Virus genome (UHGV): UHGV-1347488
Strand: one strand, 5' to 3'
DNA from: a virus
Length of the DNA stretch: 27,147 nt
This document shows positions 18,116 to 25,729 of this stretch, in pieces. A program made the position numbers and the translations under genes. Below the pieces are notes generated by a model. That model saw only the letters and a program-made list of their open reading frames with translations. It ran no database searches and was not told where the DNA came from. The number at the start of each line of letters is the position of its first letter. Position 1 is the first letter of the stretch.

Positions 18116-18628
18116 TTACAGTTCTTTTAAAATCTCGCCTAAAATTTCCAGGAATTCTTTGCCATATTGAACCGACTTTTTCTCACAGTATGTAAGATTT
18201 TCCTGTAAAACAGACTGCATATACTCATCAATTTCTTCTAAGTCAATCCCAAATTTCTGCTTCAATGCATCGGATAATTTCATTTTTTTCTCTGCCATAC
18301 AAAGTACAAACGTTTCAGTTTCTTCTCTCGTCAGATCAAAATACCGATACACTGCCTCCATTACCTGCAACAGTTTTTCACATGATTCTGTGTTGTACTG
18401 TTCCTCTTTGAATCTCGCCATATAAAAGGCTTTATCCACATCTGTTAAACAATATTGCTGCATCACTATTTTGGGAAAAATCAGCATCTCTTCGGTAATT
18501 CTAACGCCTTTAGTTTTCATGTAAAGAAGGGACTTTTTTATTACTGTAGTTGCTTCCAGTAATGTATAATCCTCATCTTCGTCTAATAAAAACTCTCTCC
18601 ATACTTCTTTGATATTTGTTTTTTTCAT
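18116..18628 (-). CDS. Hypothetical protein (170 aa from the RBS-supported ATG)
   Basis: ATG (MKKTNIKEVW…) with AAGGAG 9 nt upstream; the ORF-track start at 18679 is a TTG without an RBS. Confidence 0.6.
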   Translation of the reverse strand: MKKTNIKEVWREFLLDEDEDYTLLEATTVIKKSLLYMKTKGVRITEEMLIFPKIVMQQYCLTDVDKAFYMARFKEEQYNTESCEKLLQVMEAVYRYFDLTREETETFVLCMAEKKMKLSDALKQKFGIDLEEIDEYMQSVLQENLTYCEKKSVQYGKEFLEILGEILKEL

Positions 18629-18684
18629 AATGCAAAACTCCTTTTCTTTATTTATTTTATATACAGCTGATGTCATCAAGGCAT

Positions 18685-18831
18685 CTACTTAACTGTCTTC
18701 TTTACTGGTTCTTCCGTCCATCTCACAGAGCCATCAGAATTGATGGGAATTTCAACTTTTTTGCCGCTGTCATATTCCAGAACTTTTGATAATCTGCCAT
18801 TATCGGCCTTAATCCAAATATGCTTAATCAT
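18685..18831 (-). CDS. Small hypothetical protein (48 aa), absent from the ORF track
   Basis: Translated by hand: MIKHIWIKADNGRLSKVLEYDSGKKVEIPINSDGSVRWTEEPVKKTVK; ATG preceded by AAGGAGA at 7 nt; fits exactly between flanking genes. Confidence 0.4.
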   Translation of the reverse strand: MIKHIWIKADNGRLSKVLEYDSGKKVEIPINSDGSVRWTEEPVKKTVK

Positions 18832-18843
18832 TATCTTGTCTCC

Positions 18844-19269
18844 TTAGATATACTGTCTGACTTCCTCTAAATCCTTTGGATTATTCGGATTGTAATAGGA
18901 ACAGTAAATCTTACGGCTTCCATGCCTGGTCTCCATCACAGCAACCAACTCTGGATTGTCAAGCTCATCGTAACCGATTGCAACTACTCTCGTAACAGAT
19001 AAAGCAGCGTTGTTCCGCTCGTATACCGCAAGATTGAACATCATGTTATAGATGTTGCCGAAAGCGAACTGTTTCTGATCCGGCGTGCAGTTCAAAAAAT
19101 CCTTCCAACTGTTGATTTTTGCCAGTTCATAATTGTGAGTCAAAATGATGTTCAATGACTCTACAGCCAATGGATTCTTTAAATGGCTGCTAATCTCTCC
19201 ATTTACATATCTGATGGGTCTTGATTTGGGAATCAGGTCATTTTTGGTAAAAATCTTATAATTCAGCAT
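18844..19269 (-). CDS. Hypothetical protein (141 aa)
   Basis: ATG with RBS AAAGGAGA 6 nt upstream; no recognisable motif. Confidence 0.65.
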   Translation of the reverse strand: MLNYKIFTKNDLIPKSRPIRYVNGEISSHLKNPLAVESLNIILTHNYELAKINSWKDFLNCTPDQKQFAFGNIYNMMFNLAVYERNNAALSVTRVVAIGYDELDNPELVAVMETRHGSRKIYCSYYNPNNPKDLEEVRQYI

Positions 19270-19338
19270 CGTGTATCTCCTTTAGGAAGTGCGGCAAGCG
19301 GAATCCCCACTCACCACACTGTATACTAGATTCTCTAC

Positions 19339-20031
19339 TTACTCCGGTTTCTTGCAGTAAACCAACTTGACCGTGGTAAACGGCTGACCGTAAGGGAAGA
19401 TACGGAAGCAGCGCATATCTCCGGTGGTCTTGGACTGAAACTCGTTGCAGCTGTCATCGAATACAGTCAGGGCATAATTGGTACCATCAGCATTGACCCG
19501 GAGTTTCAGATTGTCCTCATCACATTCATCAATGAAAGCATTCCCGCCGTAGATGTTCATGTTCAGCGCAAAGCTGTCAGACACATTAACAGATACCAGA
19601 TAGTAACCGTTCGTGCCGTGAAGTGCTTCGTCCATGAAGGTCATCATATTGTCCAGGTCAACTTCATGCCAACCTTCTAAATCATCGGCTGACCACTCGT
19701 TAAAGAATGTCAGGCACAATTTCTGATCGTCCGGCAAGTCGAATTGCAGAATCAAATAGTTGCCCTCTTCTTCATCTTCTTTCAGGGTAGCGTTGGTCAT
19801 ATCTTCATATCTGATTGCGATACCGTTTGTACCGTCAAGAGTGCCGGACTGGTAGAACTCAATCTTATCCTCAAACAGCTCACATCTGTTGGCATACAGC
19901 TTTACTACATCGTCACCCTCAGCGTCCGTTACAACAACCTGTGTGATATTGTAGGCTTCAACTAAGGATTTGATGTCCTCTGCATTAATCTTTTTGGCAC
20001 TGGTTTTAACTCTCTTTACTACTTCGTTCAT
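19339..20031 (-). CDS. Hypothetical acidic protein (230 aa) downstream of the tubulin-like GTPase gene
   Basis: ATG with RBS GAGGAAA; no recognisable motif; its position could correspond to an accessory partition factor, but that is unproven. Confidence 0.65.
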   Translation of the reverse strand: MNEVVKRVKTSAKKINAEDIKSLVEAYNITQVVVTDAEGDDVVKLYANRCELFEDKIEFYQSGTLDGTNGIAIRYEDMTNATLKEDEEEGNYLILQFDLPDDQKLCLTFFNEWSADDLEGWHEVDLDNMMTFMDEALHGTNGYYLVSVNVSDSFALNMNIYGGNAFIDECDEDNLKLRVNADGTNYALTVFDDSCNEFQSKTTGDMRCFRIFPYGQPFTTVKLVYCKKPE

Positions 20032-20072
20032 GTGTTATTTCCTCGATTTTCCTATATATTGGTCGTTCCGTC

Positions 20073-21179
20073 CTACTTACTGATTCTTCTGGCTTTCAGT
20101 TGCTCTAACGCTGACAGGCCGCTACTAGTCGGCTTATGCTCTGGTTCCTTCTTGACCGCAAACACACTGGATGTTCTGGCGGTGCGCACCTGTGTAAGAG
20201 CCTTCAAAGAGTTCTGCACGCTCTCAGCTTCTTTTTCTACGGATTCTGCTAACGCATCAATCCGGCTGTACGGCATCACCAGGCCGCTAAGGATCACCAC
20301 ATTTTCACCGGAATCTGAAACATATCCGTGATATTCGGTCGGTGCTGTACCTACGGCTTTCCGGAGTTCCGCAATATCAATCTTGCTCTCTTTTGCTGAT
20401 ACCGCTTCGGAAATACCCATAATGCTGACCGTCTTATCTTCCCGCTGTGCAAAAATATTGCTCTCACGGGTCAGAATATCCACGATATAACCCGTTGTGC
20501 CATTGGCTGCATTAGTGGCAACGATTACAGAAAATGACGGACAATGTAAGCAGCTTTCAATCTCTGCCAAATCCATATTGCCGTCCTGGGATTTATTGTT
20601 AATGCAAAGCACTGCTGTCATCAGTCTGGCGAATGCTCGGTTGATCTGCAACTTCTCACCGGAGTTATTGTCCAGCATGAAAATGCTTCCCAAACTCGGC
20701 TTTAATTCCTCGATTTCCTCAAAGGTCTGTCTGGCATTATCTCTGATTTTTAAGGATTCCGTATCTGCCGGAATAACCACAACCAGACACACTTTGTATC
20801 CCATCTCTAACAGGATTCTTGCCAACATTGGCCCCATTGCAGAGCCGGTTCCACCGCCCATTGAAAATGCGATAAATACTGTGCTGCCCTCGATTATGTA
20901 CTGCTGCAATTCATCCAGAATACTATCAACATTTTCCGCAAGTGCATCTAAGCTGCGCTCCCTGTTGCCTGCTGCCCCATTACAGTTTTTCACATGGATT
21001 TTGTGGGACAGATTAACCGCCGATAAATCCTCGGTACTGGTGTTGATACCAACAAAGGATACGCTGTCTTTGCTGCCATCCAGTTCCATAACCTTCTTTT
21101 CAACCTCAGAAATGACCTGGCATCCGCACTGACCGCATCCGATAAAGGTAGCTTTTAATCTCGTATTTAATTTTTTCAT
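20073..21179 (-). CDS. Tubulin/FtsZ-superfamily GTPase, TubZ/PhuZ-like (putative partition or positioning cytoskeletal protein)
   Basis: T1-loop-like GCGQCGCQ near the N-terminus and tubulin signature-like FSMGGGTGSAMGP; internal ATG (MKKLNT…) with RBS AGAGGAG 7 nt upstream, chosen over the track's 21206 start; begins 4 nt after the stop of the upstream small HTH gene. Confidence 0.7.
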   Translation of the reverse strand: MKKLNTRLKATFIGCGQCGCQVISEVEKKVMELDGSKDSVSFVGINTSTEDLSAVNLSHKIHVKNCNGAAGNRERSLDALAENVDSILDELQQYIIEGSTVFIAFSMGGGTGSAMGPMLARILLEMGYKVCLVVVIPADTESLKIRDNARQTFEEIEELKPSLGSIFMLDNNSGEKLQINRAFARLMTAVLCINNKSQDGNMDLAEIESCLHCPSFSVIVATNAANGTTGYIVDILTRESNIFAQREDKTVSIMGISEAVSAKESKIDIAELRKAVGTAPTEYHGYVSDSGENVVILSGLVMPYSRIDALAESVEKEAESVQNSLKALTQVRTARTSSVFAVKKEPEHKPTSSGLSALEQLKARRISK

Positions 21180-21183
21180 AGAC

Positions 21184-21444
21184 TTACTCCTCTTGTTCCA
21201 TCTCATCCATCCATTGAATTCCTGTGGAAGTAATATAGTAGGTTTTGGCGTTTAACTGGTTCATACCATATTTGATGTATCCCAGATTAATCAGCTCCTT
21301 TAGATGCTTATAGATAACCTTGTAAGAGTATTTGATACCAATCTCTGCAAGACCCTCTTCAATCATCTTCTGAGTAGCCGCAACTAACTTGCTTCTTGCT
21401 TCCGCATGGAATAGGACGTTGAGAATTTCGTAATTTGTACGCAA
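21184..21444 (-). CDS. Small winged-HTH protein upstream of the tubulin-like gene (TubR-like by position and size)
   Basis: 86-aa ORF with TTG start and AGGAAGG RBS; helix-wing segment YKVIYKHLKELINLGYIKYG…NAKTYYITSTG; arrangement resembles tubR-tubZ operons. Confidence 0.45.
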   Translation of the reverse strand: MRTNYEILNVLFHAEARSKLVAATQKMIEEGLAEIGIKYSYKVIYKHLKELINLGYIKYGMNQLNAKTYYITSTGIQWMDEMEQEE

Positions 21445-21804
21445 ATAAAATCATCCTTCCTATATTCAGTTGTAGTGTTTCTTCTATATAAAGTGTGGGA
21501 AATGCCGCAGCAGAACGCTGACAGCAATTTGACAAATAAAAAAAATCATGATAATATACTTTTGAACATTTGTTACATGGTCGTTTACCAGACGATCACG
21601 TTATTACCATGAAAGCCTTCTGTCATCACGGTGTTACCAGCACCAGACAGGAGGTTTTTCATTTATCTTACCGCTCACTATATATCAAATTGGAACTCTG
21701 TTCCTATCCTGTTTGTTTATTATTGGTTCTGTGTTTCATCTCTGTTGTACCTCTTTTCCTTTGATGGGTTAAGTATAGCACTGTATGATAACCTAGTCAA
21801 GTAG

Positions 21805-21947
21805 TTTTGTATTATTTTTATATTTTTTGTATTATAATATTTTTATGTGTATTATTTTATTGTATTTGCACCAATTTTGTATTATAAAATAGTGTTTTCC
21901 TATTTTATTTAATATCTTCGTTGAAAAAAAACGGATTTTGTATTATT
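21805..21947. repeat. Iterated TTTTGTATTAT(T/A) motif, 5-6 copies (candidate operator or centromere-like repeats)
   Basis: Copies at 21805, 21825, about 21847, 21875 and 21936; the last overlaps the putative promoter of the 21971 gene. Confidence 0.5.
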
Positions 21948-21949
21948 CT
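21921..21949 (+). promoter_or_regulatory. Candidate sigma70-type promoter for the 21971 gene (-35 TTGAAA, 17-bp spacer, -10 TATTCT)
   Basis: Hexamers read directly; followed by RBS GAGGTGAG and the ATG at 21971. Confidence 0.3.
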
Positions 21950-21970
21950 AAACATATGAGGTGAGATAAA

Positions 21971-23083
21971 ATGCTAGGAAAAAAAATTATTTTAAATGAT
22001 GCTATCCGTGATTCTATCACTAGATTTAGGAAAAGCAAAATGAAAGAACACCCCGAATTAACCGCAGATGGCATTTCAGAAAAAATAGGAAGATCTAAGT
22101 CTTGGTTATCTCAAGTAGNNNNNNNNNNNNNNNNNNNNNNNNNNNNNNNNNNNNNNNNNNNNNNNNNNNNNNNNNGAGCAGATTTCAATTTTAAATATGA
22201 ATATGATGCAGTAGCCAAACGTGTAGATAATGAAATCATGTTAATAAATGCATTCATTAAACATGGTATTGCAGATGAAAACGGTAATATACTTGATTTC
22301 CATGAGAGTCTACGATTAGAGCAATGTAGAGGTTTTCTTCGACAAGCCGGAAAAATGACAGATTGTTATATTAAGGAATATTTACAAAACCCAATTCAGG
22401 AAATTGAAAAAAAAATTAAAACTGAGATTCATAATGTTTTAATTGAAATTGTTCGATGGATAAACAGAGCTTTTGATGACACTGCTGATTTATTTTCTGA
22501 TGAAGTGTCAACTAAAAATTTATATTGTTTACTGGAAACGGCATATACTATTTTTAATGCTCATTGTGATTATTTCGGCCTAAATCCTTTAACCGCCACA
22601 GATACTGATTTAAAAACCTTAAAGAACAAATTAAATACGGATTGTTTTATAAAACCACGAACGGTATTAAAACCTCTTGATGATTATACAGAATCAGAGT
22701 TCAAGGAAGTGGTTAAAAATTTTTCTTCCGAAGAATATATGCAATGGAAAAACAAGCGCATTTATATTGGTGATGATCCATTTCCTATGACTGTTGGTTT
22801 TATTGATAGTAAAAAAGAACGGCATACCCCACTACACTATATAACTTATCCAGATTTAAATAAAGCTACCGGATTATCTGAAAAGGAATATCTCTATATC
22901 ATTAAGCAAGTTTATTTACAATTTGATATTTTTTATAAAGATTGTCAATCGTTAAGAGATGATTTGGAATTTTATAAAGATGAAAATGATCAGTATTACG
23001 ATGAAATTCAAGAATTAAATGAACGTATAAATGAACTCACCAATAAACTTAATACTGAGTCAGAGAAGCCACCAGAGGAATAA
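21971..23083 (+). CDS. HTH-domain protein with large C-terminal domain of unknown function (370 aa; reading frame interrupted by an N run)
   Basis: RBS GAGGTGAG; N-terminal XRE-like segment (…LTADGISEKIGRSKSWLSQV…); C-terminal coiled-coil-like region; very AT-rich codon usage. Confidence 0.65.
   Translation: MLGKKIILNDAIRDSITRFRKSKMKEHPELTADGISEKIGRSKSWLSQVXXXXXXXXXXXXXXXXXXXXADFNFKYEYDAVAKRVDNEIMLINAFIKHGIADENGNILDFHESLRLEQCRGFLRQAGKMTDCYIKEYLQNPIQEIEKKIKTEIHNVLIEIVRWINRAFDDTADLFSDEVSTKNLYCLLETAYTIFNAHCDYFGLNPLTATDTDLKTLKNKLNTDCFIKPRTVLKPLDDYTESEFKEVVKNFSSEEYMQWKNKRIYIGDDPFPMTVGFIDSKKERHTPLHYITYPDLNKATGLSEKEYLYIIKQVYLQFDIFYKDCQSLRDDLEFYKDENDQYYDEIQELNERINELTNKLNTESEKPPEE
22119..22175. other. 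Run of 57 N (assembly gap or masked segment) inside the 21971..23083 ORF
   Basis: Literal n characters; length is a multiple of 3, so the frame is preserved. Confidence 0.95.
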
Positions 23084-23147
23084 TCCCCTAGTGGCTTCTT
23101 TCATGTCACACCTTATTTCAAATGTCTCCATGTTTTAGGTCATAGAA

Positions 23148-23183
23148 AAGACACCCTGGGTTACGGGGTGTCTTGGTTTTGTT
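23148..23183. terminator. Hairpin between convergent genes (AAGACACCC / loop / GGGTGTCTT, then GGTTTTGTT); likely a bidirectional terminator
   Basis: 9-bp stem followed by a T-rich tract on the plus strand; located between the stops at 23083 (+) and 23189 (-). Confidence 0.5.
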
Positions 23184-23188
23184 ATTGG

Positions 23189-24055
23189 TTATTTCAAATA
23201 CAATGGATGGCTATTATCGTCCGCTTCCTTCTCAAAGTCACCATTGAATTTATATTGACCCTGGTGATCGGGTTTACTATTATAAACTTCATAGCCACCA
23301 TTTTCAAAATCTGTGGATAAATACACATCCAATTTGGGACTTTTAAAAACCTGTCTTTTAGGAGATTGTCCATCTCTCTTTTTAGCTTTTCGCTTATTTA
23401 AAGCGGTAAGTTTAGAATCGTATGTATACTTATTTCGTTCTGCAACTTCCATTCCAATTTTATGAAGGGTTGCTATTTTATCATCAATTGAATTAGAACG
23501 TAATATTTCAGATCTCCATTCGTTATATCCATTACACAATACAGATGCTGGAAACTTATTATTAAATGATGGGACAGAAATTTGTATTAATTCATCTTGT
23601 TGAATCCATCTTTTAATATTTGAATCAACTTCCTGATCAAAATTTCCTATAAAAAATATTTTATCATTCAATTGTTTTTGTTGTAACTCTCTATGCCGTC
23701 TATCTTTAATGTATGGGATTACAACAATATTATCTTCTGATATACTTAGAATATATTTTATTTTTCCAACAAAAGCCTTCGTAAAACCGAGATTATTCAA
23801 AGCAATGTCTTCAGCTTCTGACACAAGACCTGCATCATATTTATCTACCTTATGAGTTTTTAAAATTGAATGATTTACCTCTCTGAACCTGGAAGATCTG
23901 TTATATGACTTTGTGGAAGTTGCAAAAGGTTCAAACATAACTAATTTTGCATTGAAAAAATTTTCAACAACTAATAAAAAATCATTCAAGTATTTTTGCT
24001 GTTCAATGCTTGTTTGATAAAATTTTTCATCGATAAGTATTTTATATGTTGGCAT
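23189..24055 (-). CDS. Unknown-function partner protein of the ABC ATPase (288 aa; candidate effector of a two-gene defence-like module)
   Basis: ATG (MPTYKILIDEKF…) with RBS CAGGAGAG; start lies 1 nt after the ATPase stop codon; basic C-terminal region (KRKAKKRDGQSPKRQ); no HNH-type Cys/His pattern. Confidence 0.7.
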   Translation of the reverse strand: MPTYKILIDEKFYQTSIEQQKYLNDFLLVVENFFNAKLVMFEPFATSTKSYNRSSRFREVNHSILKTHKVDKYDAGLVSEAEDIALNNLGFTKAFVGKIKYILSISEDNIVVIPYIKDRRHRELQQKQLNDKIFFIGNFDQEVDSNIKRWIQQDELIQISVPSFNNKFPASVLCNGYNEWRSEILRSNSIDDKIATLHKIGMEVAERNKYTYDSKLTALNKRKAKKRDGQSPKRQVFKSPKLDVYLSTDFENGGYEVYNSKPDHQGQYKFNGDFEKEADDNSHPLYLK

Positions 24056-24056
24056 A

Positions 24057-25487
24057 TCAACTCTCCTGTTTCTGCAAATTTCTATATCCAACATCTATGA
24101 TTTTAGCTGTTTCATTTGAAAATTGATAAAAGAAATTTTCATTTTCACATAATGCCCCGTCAACTTCATCAATCACTATAGGTGTTATAAAAGACATACC
24201 TAATTCATTCTGATCTACAAAATAGATTTGAATTTTATCACGTACCTCTACATCCTCCATATAGCGTCTAACAATTCTATTTACAAAATGATCACTATGA
24301 GTTTCAATAACAACAGATTTATCATGTGTGGAGAGGGATAATAAAAAATCTGCCATTCGCATTTGCATTTTAGGATGCAGGTGAATTTCTGGCTGTTCCA
24401 AAATCAAGGTTTGATTCGAAGACATAATAATTCCTTCGGCTAAAATTGGCAATGACTGACTAATTCCAAATCCAACATCAACCAAATTATGTTTATTTAT
24501 TCTTACTTTTACTAAATCTTGTTGTCTATTATCAAGGAATAGCGTACCTAATTCTAAATATTGCATCCATGAACCAATTAAATCAATAAATTTATTTGAT
24601 TCACATACTGTCTGTGACGGCACATAATTATCTTCCGATTCAGGAGCCATAACACCTACCACAGTATTTTTTTGTTTATTCTTCAATAACAGAGGGGTAT
24701 CTTCACCGGATACACCAACATCAACAACCTTTTTGTCTGCGATATAACGTCTCATAGGATTTTCTCTCAATGGAGCAATATATTGTAATTGAATATACTG
24801 AGATGGAAGAATACTAAAAATTGAAGTTAAAGTTGGAATAAACAATTTTGTAGAAGGATTCATACGTTCTTCGTAAATACTATTTAAAGTCATATTACGA
24901 AAATAACAGATAGCATTGTTAATATTAAAATCTCCTAAATTCCCAGCAACATCTGGGATTTGTGTTCCGCGAACAGTATATGTCTTTTTCCCATTTCTGC
25001 ACAATTCAATTCGTGAATTGATTGAGCCAGTTTTTAATTCTACTTCAATATTAACATCAATGGCATGTAATTTATTTGCATATAAAGAAGCGCCACTATT
25101 ATCAATAGAAACACAATAATTGATGATGAATTTTTCGACATCGTTTCTATAATATAATCTATTCAAATCACGAAACTGAACGTTATCTTTTGAAGCGGTT
25201 TCTTTTGAACGTTTAAGTTCAAAAGTATTGCTAATCGTAAAGAAATTTTCTGAATGTTGATCACACAAAATCTCAGAAAATGTTCCATTGTCTATATATT
25301 TACCGTTAAATAACATTTGGTCGGATGTATTAGTATCTTCAAAAGTTTGCTTTAACATCAGCAAGCTTTTTAAAATAGAACTTTTACCGCTGCTATTTAC
25401 ACCGCACAATACGGTCAGTGGCGCAATCTCTATATCGGTCTTATCTTTAAAGCACTTATAATTTTCCAAACTTATAGATTTCAGCAT
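24057..25487 (-). CDS. AAA15/AAA21-type ABC ATPase (OLD/AriA/PtuA/AbiLi-like)
   Basis: N-terminal I.SI.L.NYKCF with Walker A GVNSSGKS; Q-loop-like QYIAPLRE; signature-like GFGISQSLPILAEG; Walker B LILEQPEIHLHP; H-loop ETHSDH. ATG (MLKSISL…) preceded by GGAGGT at 6 nt. Confidence 0.8.
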   Translation of the reverse strand: MLKSISLENYKCFKDKTDIEIAPLTVLCGVNSSGKSSILKSLLMLKQTFEDTNTSDQMLFNGKYIDNGTFSEILCDQHSENFFTISNTFELKRSKETASKDNVQFRDLNRLYYRNDVEKFIINYCVSIDNSGASLYANKLHAIDVNIEVELKTGSINSRIELCRNGKKTYTVRGTQIPDVAGNLGDFNINNAICYFRNMTLNSIYEERMNPSTKLFIPTLTSIFSILPSQYIQLQYIAPLRENPMRRYIADKKVVDVGVSGEDTPLLLKNKQKNTVVGVMAPESEDNYVPSQTVCESNKFIDLIGSWMQYLELGTLFLDNRQQDLVKVRINKHNLVDVGFGISQSLPILAEGIIMSSNQTLILEQPEIHLHPKMQMRMADFLLSLSTHDKSVVIETHSDHFVNRIVRRYMEDVEVRDKIQIYFVDQNELGMSFITPIVIDEVDGALCENENFFYQFSNETAKIIDVGYRNLQKQES

Positions 25488-25729
25488 TCCCATACCTCCA
25501 TAATCTCCTTTCATTTTACCAAAATTTACCAGTTACTACAATGAGAACGTGTGTATATAGATTCGATATTTTAAAATATTTTTTTATGAAAGAAGCTGCC
25601 GGAATATACCAACGGCTCCCGCATTATTCCTTTCCAATCTTCCACTTAGCAAGTTCTTCCCCCAGGACCCAGCTCAATTCTTTGTACTGCTCCGGTGTGA
25701 GGGTCGTGCCGCATTTTTCTTCCACATTC

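Noticed and set aside
21564-21575. Cheo-box-like GAACATTTGTTA upstream of the TubR-like gene
   Set aside because: Only a partial match (GTTA instead of GTTC) in AT-rich DNA; too weak to call without binding data.
21570-21764. 64-aa plus-strand ORF upstream of the TubR-like gene
   Set aside because: No Shine-Dalgarno sequence; overlaps the candidate centromere/operator repeats; hydrophobic low-complexity tail.
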